A DNA stretch of 64,000 bases from Squalus acanthias (lineage: Eukaryota): assembly GCA_030390025.1 (NCBI GenBank), contig CM059438.1, positions 63,242,001-63,306,000 of the forward strand, in the 5' to 3' direction. The notes under the pieces are model-generated. The model was not told the DNA's origin and searched no databases. It saw only the letters and a list, made by a program, of their open reading frames with translations. Made by a program: the position numbers and the translations under genes. Below, piece after piece: positions 1-9,547 of the stretch. Position 1 is the first letter of the stretch; the number at the start of each line of letters is the position of its first letter.

Positions 1-400
1 CATCTGCCCAATCACCCAACCTGTCCAAATCATACTGGAGTTTCTCTGCATCCTCCTCACAGCACACACGCCCACCCAGCTTTGTGTCGTCTGCAAACTT
101 GGAGATATTACATCTAGTTCCCTCGTCTAGATCATTAATATATATTGTGAATAGCTGGGGTCCTAGCACCGATCCCTGTGGTACCCCACTAGTCACTGCC
201 TGCCGCTCGGAAAAAGACCCGTTTATTCCAACTCTTTGCTTCCTGTCTGCCAACCAGTTCTCTATCCAAATCAATACCTTACCCCCAATCCCATGTGCTT
301 TAACTTTGCACGCTAATCTCTTATGCGGGACCTTATCGAAAGCCTTCTGAAAGTCCAAATACACCACATCCACTGGTTCTCCCTTATCTATTCTACCACT
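1..400 (-). mobile_element. CR1 LINE ORF2 (RT) fragment
   Basis: Homologous to the CR1 RT region at ~31900-32310 (antisense of [10 protein letters not shown]...[10 protein letters not shown]). Confidence 0.9.
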
Positions 401-684
401 ACACTACTGTATCCTGCAGTTAAGAATAGTTAACTAAAAGCTTTCCGGTGGAGATGGTTGTGTCCTTGCCTATACTTAATATATTGTGCAACTTGGCCAC
501 TACCTGAAACATTGGGACCATGCAGGGGAGATTTTTTAAACGAACACCTGCAAGAACCCACAATCCTTTGATAGATGGATTGTATTTAACTTTTGTGTGC
601 ATGATCCAGGGATAGAGTGGTTTCTCTGCCACTATGGATGCTGGGTAAAGAACTCCCCATTCTGCTGAATCTTTTTTTTACATA

Positions 685-950
685 ACCTGTTTTTTTAAGT
701 GAAGTTGGTTGAAGGATAAATGTTGGCCTAGACATTCTCTTTGAATAGTGCCATGGGATCTTTTGTGTCCATCTGAGAGAGCAGACGGGGCCTCGGCTTA
801 ATGTCTCATCTGAAAGACAGCACCTCCAACACTGCAGCACTCACTCAGTACTGTGCTGAATTGTCAGCTTAGATCATGTGCTCAAGTCTCTGGAGAGGGA
901 CTTGATACAATGATCTTCTGAATTCGAGGCGAGAGTGTTACCACTGAGCA
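685..950 (-). mobile_element. tRNA-derived Deu-type SINE (SacSINE1-like), partial
   Basis: Reverse complement of the SINE head and body seen at 39395-39855. Confidence 0.8.
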
Positions 951-1197
951 ATATTTAAATGAGGGTCAGTGATGCTGTAGTCCCAAATTTCCTGTATTTA
1001 CGCTCACACTGCACTAGGGGTAAATTGGAACAGGAAATATAAGGCGTACCTGTTGCCAGGTTCATCCAGAGCTTTTAAGCCTGAAGACTAAGAAAGTTGG
1101 ACACCAATTACTGTGGTTTTTTGAGTGACTTTTTTTCTTTCATTCTCGACATCATTGGACTTGCTTCTGACTACTTGTGAGACCATTGGGATATTTT

Positions 1198-1290
1198 GCC
1201 TCTCTACAGATGCTGCCTGACCTGCTGAGTGTTTCCAGCATTTTCTGTTTTTATTTCAGATTTCCAGCATCCGCAGTATTTTGCATTTCT
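1198..1290 (+). mobile_element. Penelope-like element terminal fragment
   Basis: gatgctgcctgacctgctgagtgtttccagcattttctg matches the ends of the elements at ~47520 and ~48350. Confidence 0.65.
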
Positions 1291-2690
1291 GCATAAAATT
1301 GAGCTCATCCAAACCGCTGCTGCCCGTATCCTAGCTCACACCAAGTCCCGTTCACCCATCAACCCTGTGCTCGCTGACCTACGCTGGCTCTCGGTCCAGC
1401 AGCGTCTCGATATTACAATTCTCATCCTTGTTTTCAAATACCTCTATGGCCTTGCCCCTCTCTATCTCTGTAATCTCCTCCAGCCCTACAATGCTCCGAG
1501 ATCCCTGCGCTCCTCTAATTCTGGCCTTTTGCGCATCCCCAATTTTAATTGCTCTGCCATTGATGTCCGTGCCTTCAGGCCCTAAATTCTGGAATTCCCT
1601 CCCTAAACCTCTCCGCCTCTCTACCTCTCGCTCCTTTAAGACGCTCCTTAAAACCTACCTCTTTGACCAAGGGGGAAAAATTCAGTTGGTTGCGTCTCCC
1701 GTTAGCGCCTTAAGAGGGCGCTAATGGGGCGCAAAGCAACTAGCGCCCGGGCGTGGCAATGTTTGCGCCGCTCGCGAAATTAACTAGACATTTTGCGGCG
1801 GCGCTAAACACTGCCGCCACGATCTTCTGCGCCGGCAGGTCGTGACGTCAGTCGAGTGCGCAACGCCCCGGAGCGGATATTGAGTGGCGCCCCCTGCCTT
1901 ACCGCCTGCCCCTAGCAACGACAGGTTGAGGGGAGCGTTTTGTAGTCAGGAAGGGACTGGGGGAGCGCTATTTAAAGGCGACCGCTTCCTGCCTTTTTTT
2001 GTTGGCGACATTTTTGAACCATGCATTCTGAGAGAGAGAGAGAGAGACTTCTGGAGAGATTCAATGCTGTGTGAAGAAGTTTTGAGTACTGAGCAGCACT
2101 TTGCAGGTTCATTTTGATTTGCCCTTCCTTGTATCGATTTAGAAGAGACTATGGGGGCTGCACTCTGAGCTCTTTCCCTGGGCCTCTCCATTGTTCTTTC
2201 CAGCAGATTTGATGTACAGGTCTCTCCAGGCCGAGATTCAAGGCTGCATTGAGCAGGATGTGGATGGCAAGCAAGATCAACCCTCCCCTTTAAGAACTGG
2301 CCGGGGCCATTGTGTGTGTGTTCCATTGCTGACTGACATCACATGAGCTTCGCCAGCGCTCTGAGGTAGTGCCTCGCTCCTCGGCCTTTGCGCCTTAAGA
2401 CAGATGTGCAGCGCCTGATTTAGCGCTCCAATCCCCTCCAGGGGCGATAAAAGTCAAGTTTGCAGTCGGAGGCGATAATTAGCGCCAGGCGCTAATCTTT
2501 GCGCCCGGCCGATAATTGCGCCCCAAACGGGGCGATACTGAATTTTTCCCCCCCAAGCGTTTGGTCATCTGTCCTAATATCTCCTTGTGTGGCTCGGTGT
2601 CAAATTTTGTTTGATAATCTCTCCTGTGCAACGCCTTGGGATGTTTTACTACATTAAAAGGCACTATATAAATGCAAGTTGTTGTTTACA
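1291..2690 (+). mobile_element. L2-type LINE 3' fragment, split by a MITE at 1671-2553
   Basis: Translation IQTAAARIL...PVLADLRWL...APRSLRSS is typical of an L2 ORF2 C-terminus. The sequence rejoins across the MITE (ctttgaccaa|gcgtttgg) as in the uninterrupted copy at 6665-6860. Confidence 0.85.
1671..2553 (+). mobile_element. Non-autonomous DNA transposon, MITE family A, copy 1 (PIF/Harbinger-like)
   Basis: TIRs GGGGAAAAATTCAGT/ACTGAATTTTTCCCC, CAA duplicated on both sides, CpG-rich subterminal hairpins. Four copies in the window. Confidence 0.88.
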
Positions 2691-2692
2691 AT

Positions 2693-3435
2693 GGCCCAGA
2701 AATTGATCTCGCTCTGTTCCCGCGGGGGTAAGCCTTCCCCGCGATCTCTCACCTCGCTTGTGCTTTTTCAGATCCAGCTCGCACGAACTTGATGTTCCAG
2801 ACATCAGCCGGGCAGTGCTTGCGTATCCCACCGGCGTAGTGAATTCGTGCGAGCTGTGGGATCACGTGACTCAGTTAGAGCCAATGGCAGCACACCATCT
2901 TCCATTCATAAGTTTCACATACGTGCTGTGAAATCTATGAATCTTACACCCCCCCAAAATAACAGCTAAACCTCAATTAAATTTAAAAAAAAACCATCAC
3001 ATTAATAAAATAAGTATAGTTAAATAAATTAACCATTTTAAATAAAAAATTAAATTTTTGAAAAAATTTAAAATCTTTTAAAAAGTTATAAAAATAAACT
3101 TACCTGTCTTTAAAGTCTCTAAAAAAGATATACCTGTAAAAAAAAATTCAAAAAAATACTTAATTCACTACTTACCTTGTTAAAAGTGGGTCTTACTCCT
3201 CCTTTTTACATTTCTAAAATCTTCAGTACTTACCTGCGCGTCCAAAGCATGAAGTGCACAGCGTGCGCGCAGCCTGTAGCGCGCACGCGATGCACCGAGG
3301 AACCGACCCCTTTTCAAAAGAGCAATTGCCGGTTTTCAGCGCATGCGCAGGGCATGCAGAAAACCGGCAATTGCAGAGGGAATACGCGAGAGTACGCAGT
3401 GCGTACTCTCGCGCACCGGGATGAATTTTTGGGCC
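2693..3435 (+). mobile_element. MITE family B, copy 1 (PIF/Harbinger-like, 743 bp)
   Basis: TIRs GGCCCAGAAATT/AATTTTTGGGCC and AAT target duplication. A highly similar copy lies at 61662-62405. Confidence 0.88.
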
Positions 3436-3644
3436 AATATATATTCACAGATATAGTTGACCCCCGTATCCTCTCTGTGTGAAAACATAGAGCCTCAAAT
3501 TTGCATGCTGTTAACAGTAATTTATTATTGAATTGAATTTTGCATGATTTGATAGTTCCGGAAAACTCTCTGTGATACCGTGCCCTCAACTCTCAAATCA
3601 AGGGAGAAGCAGAGTGGTCACCAGCCATCCCTACTGGGAGCAGT

Positions 3645-3955
3645 AAAGAAAGACTTGCATTTATATAGCACCTTTCATGACCTCAGGATGTCCCAAAGTG
3701 CTTCACAACCAACAAAGTACTTTTGAAGTGTAGTCACTGTTGTAAGGTAGGGAACACGGCAGCCAATTTGCGCACAGCAAGCTCCCACAAACAGCAATGT
3801 GATAATGACTGGATCAGCATGTTTTAGTGATGTCGGTTGAGGGATAAATATTGGCCAGGACACCGGTGAGAACTCCCCCTGCTCTTCTCCAAATAGTGTC
3901 TTGGGATCTTTTACGTTTACCTGAGAGGGCAGACGGGGCCTCGCAGTTAATGTTA
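3645..3955 (-). mobile_element. Deu-type SINE (SacSINE1-like), 3' part
   Basis: Antisense of the SINE body and L2-like tail (gacttgcatttatatagcacctttcatgacc). Confidence 0.85.
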
Positions 3956-4211
3956 ACAATTAGAATTTAGAGCAGGAATACGTGCAGGATAAAATATAAA
4001 TGTGATGTGGTTGCATTTAAAACTTATCTTGCCGAGTGAAACAAAACATTCACAATGACTGATCCATGCTGACACTGAACCATTTGATTTGTGATCGCTG
4101 TTCTGTTTTGTTCCGGTTGCTCCAGTACTACAGTGGGGTCCAATTTTGTAAAGTTGCTATCGCACAGCAGTGGACTCATTCCAATTCTGATGCAGACTTG
4201 TTTTGTTCTAG

Positions 4212-4349
4212 GAGAGACACCATACCAAAGTGCAGTACCAGCTGAAGTCAGAAAACATCTCACTGGCCCAGGTTTTCAGTAAGATGGAACAAGTAGTTGA
4301 CGTATTGGGAATTGAAGATTACTCCGTCAGTCAAACCACACTGGACAAC
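4212..4349 (+). CDS. ABCA2: ABCA2 internal coding exon (third from last): [46 protein letters not shown]
   Basis: ttctag acceptor, gtgagt donor, 138 nt, phase 0/0. The translation matches the ABCA C-terminal regulatory region ([13 protein letters not shown]) and, from memory, human ABCA2 closely. Upstream exons lie outside the window. Confidence 0.96.
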
Positions 4350-4914
4350 GTGAGTAAATCCTGGAGCACGTGGCGAACAAGGGTAATGACGATTGCTGGA
4401 TCTCTGGCAAGGATCTCTTCATAAGGTGTAACATATTTAACATGCTGGCAAATGAGTGGGCGATGCTCATCAGTCAAGCGCATAGAGGATAGATCATGAA
4501 AATGTTCCGGATGTCATTTGTACCTTTTGTGGGTCAATTTTTGGCCAGTGCCACAGGTGCAATATGAATCTTGCCACAATGAGCAGCGGAGGATGATATG
4601 TTCCTTTTTAAAATTCACCATCCGAAATAATCCAATAAGCTTCCATTAACCGCACATTCTGAGCTGTCTTACCTTACCACGCAGCATGTAAAATTTGATA
4701 ATCCCGCCACCATTAAGCCTTCTTTAAAATGACACTCGCATAAGTCAAAAGAAGGTGCATCACACAGACGGGCAGCAAAGGACTGTGGTTGGTTCACCAT
4801 TCTTGTGGTTCAGGTGACAAACCAGCTACTCTTGCAGTTTATAACATCTTACAATGCGCTCTCTATCCATTATTTGTCACGTAGTATTATCCATATGGAG
4901 AAATAGTCATGGTA

Positions 4915-5300
4915 ATAAGAAAGACAGACTTTCATTTATATAGCGCCTTATGTCATTAAAAGTTCTCAAAAGTGCTTCATAGAATTATCCACTTTTGAAA
5001 TATGTGGGTAACATTCCATAAATGACCAATTCATCGATTTTTTTTTTCTCTCTCACTGATTGATTGAGGATGGAACCTTGGCCAAGACACTAGGGAAAAA
5101 CTCAAATAATGCCACATCTATCTATCTGAACAGGCAGGTAGGGCCTTGATTTAATGTCTCATCCAAAGGACGGCAACACAGGCAATGTGGCACTACCTTA
5201 GTACTGAGCTGGAGTGCCAGCCTACATTATAAGCTCAAGCCCTGGTGTGGAACCTTCTGACCCAGAGGCAAGAGTGCTACCAATTGAGATGAGTGCCACA
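4915..5300 (-). mobile_element. Decayed Deu-type SINE
   Basis: Degenerate but colinear match to the same SINE family. Confidence 0.6.
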
Positions 5301-6664
5301 CTGCAAATGGAATATCCAGTCAGTCTTGCTGGAGGAGATTATTCTTCTATACCATTAATAGAATTGAGACTGTATAGTTCACTGATAAACATTATCACTT
5401 GTGCTGTAATGTCCAATATACTTCATCGCTCTGCCGCTGGTTGTTAATCTTTTTCAATTTGTCAGAATGACTAAATTTGTGTTCTCAGTCCGAAGAAACA
5501 GGAAATTAAAACATAAAGCAGACTTTGCTGCTGCTGTGTGCTTAAATAGAATTTGGTATAACATTTTGCAGAAAACAAGGTCTCTCTCACTGGGTATGTC
5601 TGGCCAGTGGTCAATTGACTTCAGGTCAGACAGGCTCAGCTTTGTCCAGCACACAGCTTTGACATAAACCCACTGGTGTGGTAGGGTTCAGTCTGCTGAA
5701 GTTTGAGGTGAGATTATTTGCCTAAAATAACTGAACCCTGGATTAGAGGGGGGGGGGCGGGGGCAGGGAAATTTCAATTACAAATATTCCATTGTGTAAA
5801 ATCATTTGAACTCGATGAATTATCTAGACTGCATGACAAAGATTCTTGGAATACAGTTCCTTCTGGGATCTTCATTGAGTCCAGTCCAAATTGATGGGAT
5901 GAAATTCTTTCAGGTTTTAAGGGTCTTAAGTGAAAAACCTTTGGGCAAGCTTGCAACTCAGTTCCTCCTGTTGACAAATCCGTAGCAAAAGGAAATTGTG
6001 CCCACAATTAAGCACCAAGTCTCACTTAGGAATACGGAAAGCATAGCTGTTGTAGAAAAATAACATTTGCGCTGGATTTTTGTACATGGTATTGATGCAC
6101 ATTGCCGGGGGAAGAGTGAAAGGACCTTTCCTCTGAATCTGACCTGTGAGTAGCCTGAGCTGGATGCGAGAACTAGAAAACTGTTGCATTCCTATCACTG
6201 ATATCCCTCCTGTTGCTGAGCACAAAATGGCAGGCACCCATTGTTGGCATCAACTACTTCCTGACCCAGTGTGGCATTTTCTATTTGCCGCACCAAATGT
6301 CCCATGCAAACCCTCCAAGTGACGCTACCAAACCGTGATGCGTTTTGTCCTCTGAGCTGACACCCACGAGGATTTGGTTTGGCCTTGCTCAAGCTCATTT
6401 CATGGAGGATCCTGTGAGCCAGCAGCAAGAGAAGACTTCCATCCCATTGGCCTGAACTTGATTCAAACACAGATCCCAAAGTTCAAAGACTCGTGTGCTG
6501 CCTCACCCAGTTTTCCTTGCCCTGTCTCAGTTGGTTTTTATTTGGAAAATTCTCTGACGCCTTCAAGCGATAGGCTAGCAGTATGTAACTGAAGTGCTCA
6601 TGTAAACAAGACGTCTAGCTTTGAATTCAGTCTTGAGTTAGATCAGATAGCTGATTACAAGCTC

Positions 6665-6860
6665 TAGAATTCCCTCCATAAACCTCTCCTCCTTTAAGAC
6701 GCTCCTTAAAACCTACCTCTTTGACCAAGCATTTGCTCACCTGACCTAAATGTCGCCTCCTTTAGCTTGGCGTCACATTTTGTTTGATAACGCTCCTGTG
6801 AAACGCCTTGGGATGTTTTACTATGTTGAAGGCGCTATATAAATGCAAGTTGTTGTTGTT
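6665..6860 (+). mobile_element. L2-type LINE 3' tail ending in (TTG)n
   Basis: Matches 1588-1670 joined to 2554-2690. Confidence 0.85.
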
Positions 6861-6889
6861 GAGAACTTCTACTTCGTCAATCGTTGCAG

Positions 6890-7096
6890 GTCTTTGTAAA
6901 CTTTGCGAAGAAGCAGAGCGACAACCTGGAGCAGCAAGAAACAGTCAGCACTGGGAGCGTGCAGTCACCGGTCAAACGCATTCTCAGCCTGCTACGGCCA
7001 AGGGGCACCACGACAGAACTACAGGCTCTGACCGTTGAAGAGCCCGAGGAGTTAGAGAGTGACGATGAAGGTCTAATCAGCTTCGAGGAGGAGCGC
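6890..7096 (+). CDS. ABCA2: ABCA2 penultimate coding exon: [17 protein letters not shown]...[12 protein letters not shown]
   Basis: ttgcag acceptor, gtaagt donor, 207 nt, in frame with the previous exon. Contains the ABCA-family VFVNFA motif and the ABCA2-type [10 protein letters not shown]. Confidence 0.96.
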
Positions 7097-7457
7097 GTAA
7101 GTACCGCATTCAGGTGTGATTAAAGGACCCAACCTATTATTAAGCCACTGCTGCCCCCAAAGGTCCACCCAAAACATCCATCGTAAGATGAGGGCAGCAC
7201 TCCAAAGCTTCTCGTCATCAAACCCTCCCACTGGCATCATAAATAAATTCTCTATCTGTTCATTCCCATTACAACCAGTAGTTTCCTATCTGCTGTTGGT
7301 CTGCTATTCTATTGCTGTCATTTTAAAGGCAGCTGTCCTTGGTTCCCATCGCTGATTATAAATCTCCCCCCCCGCTGCCCCCGTATCTGTCCGAGACTGA
7401 AGTCGGCGGGAAAAGTTGCCATTCAAATATCACACTGCTGGAGGAGAGGATCGGCAG

Positions 7458-9547
7458 CTGATGGATGTGTACTGGTCTGGTACACTGATGGACGTGCACT
7501 GGTCTGGTACACTGACGGGACGTGCACTGGTCTGGTACACTGATGGACGTGCACTGGTAGGGTACACTGATGGACGTGCACTGGTCTGGTACACTGACGG
7601 GACGTGCACTGGTCTGGTACACTGATGGATGTGCACTGGTCTGGTACACTGATGGACGTGCACTGGTCTGGTACACTGATGGGACGTGCACTGGTCTGGT
7701 ACACTGATGGACGTGCACTGGTCTGGTACACTGATGGGACATGCACTGGTCTGGTACACTGACGGGACGTGCACTGGTCTGGTACACTGATGGACGTGCA
7801 CTGGTCTGGTACACTGATGGACGTGCACTGGTCTGGTACACTGACGGGACGTGCACTGGTCTGGTACACTGATGGACGTGCACTGGTCTGGTACACTGAT
7901 GGACGTGCACTGGTCTGGTACACTGATGGACGTGCACTGGTCTGGTACACTGATGGATGTGCACTGGTCTGGTACACTGATGGATGTGCACTGGTCTGGT
8001 ACACTGATGGATGTGCACTGGTCTAGTATACTGGACATGCACTGGTCTGGTACACTGATGGGACGTGCACTGGTCTAGTATACTGGACATGCACTGGTCT
8101 GGTACACTGATGGATGTGCACTGGTCTAGTATACTGGACATGCACTGGTCTAGTACACTGATGGATGTGCACTGGTCTAGTATACTGGACATGTACTGGT
8201 CTGGTACACTGATGGATGTGCACTGGTCTAGTATACTGGACATGCACTGGTCTGGTACACTGATGGGACGTGTACTGGTCCGGTACACTGATGGATGTGC
8301 ACTGGTCTGGTACACTGATGGATGTGCACTGGTCTAGTATACTGATGGGACGTGTACTGGTCTGGTACACTGATGGGACGTGCACTGGTCTGGTACACTG
8401 ATGGGACATGCACTGGTCTGGTACACTGATGGATGTGCACTGGTCTGGTACACTGATGGACATGCACTGGTCTGGTACACTGATGGACGTGCACTGGTCT
8501 GGTACACTGATGGACGTGCACTGGTCTGGTACACTGATGGGACATGCACTGGTCTGGTACACTGATGGACGTGCACTGGTCTGGTACACTGATGGACGTG
8601 CACTGGTCTGGTACACTGATGGGACATGCACTGGTCTGGTACACTGATGGACGTGCACTGGTCTGGTACACTGATGGACATGCACTGGTCTGGTACACTG
8701 ATGGACGTGCACTGGTCTGGTACACTGATGGACATGCACTGGTCTGGTACACTGATGGACGTGCACTGGTCTGGTACACTGATGGACATGCACTGGTCTG
8801 GTACACTGGACATGCACTGGTCTGGTACACTGATGGACGTGCACTGGTCTGGTACACTGATGGACATGCACTGGTCTGATACACTGATGGACGTGCACTG
8901 GTCTGATACACTGATGGACGTGCACTGGTCTGGTACACTGATGGACGTGCACTGGTCTGGTACACTGATGGATGTGCACTGGTTTGGTACACTGGACATG
9001 CACTGGTCTGGTACACTGGACATGCACTGGTTTGGTACACTGGACATGCACTGGTCTGGTACACTGGACATGCACTGGTCTGGTACACTGATGGACGTGC
9101 ACTGGTCTGGCACACTGATGGACGTGCACTGGTCTGGCACACTGATGGACGTGCACTGGTCTGGTACACTGATGGACGTGCACTGGTCTGGTACACTGAT
9201 GGACGTGCACTGGTCTGGTACACTGATGGACGTGCACTGGTCTGGTACACTGATGGACGTGCACTGGTCTGGTACACTGATGGACATTCACTGGTCTGGT
9301 ACACTGATGGACATGCACTGGTCTGGTACACTGATGGGACATGCACTGGTCTGGTACACTGATGGACATTCACTGGTCTGGTACACTGATGGACATGCAC
9401 TGGTCTGGTACACTGATGGACGTGCACTGGTCTGGTACACTGATGGACGTGCACTGGTCTGGTACACTGATGGACGTGCACTGGTCTGGTACACTGATGG
9501 ACGTGCACTGGTCTGGTACACTGATGGACGTGCACTGGTCTGGTACA
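7458..9547. repeat. Minisatellite in the last ABCA2 intron: consensus 27-mer GATGGACGTGCACTGGTCTGGTACACT, roughly 75-80 units, with 24- and 28-bp variants
   Basis: Directly visible head-to-tail repeat with no unique spacers. Confidence 0.98.

Noticed and set aside
1..4211. Further upstream ABCA2 exons
   Set aside because: No ABCA-like peptide with splice sites was found. The region is almost entirely TE, so the previous exon is presumably outside the window.
7097..7123. Alternative ABCA2 C-terminus VSTAFRCD* by read-through
   Set aside because: A consensus gtaagt donor sits at 7097 and the conserved terminal exon is at 18109. Nothing in the sequence supports intron retention.
7458..9547. 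CRISPR-like array
   Set aside because: Units are contiguous with no unique spacers, there are no cas genes, and the DNA is vertebrate.
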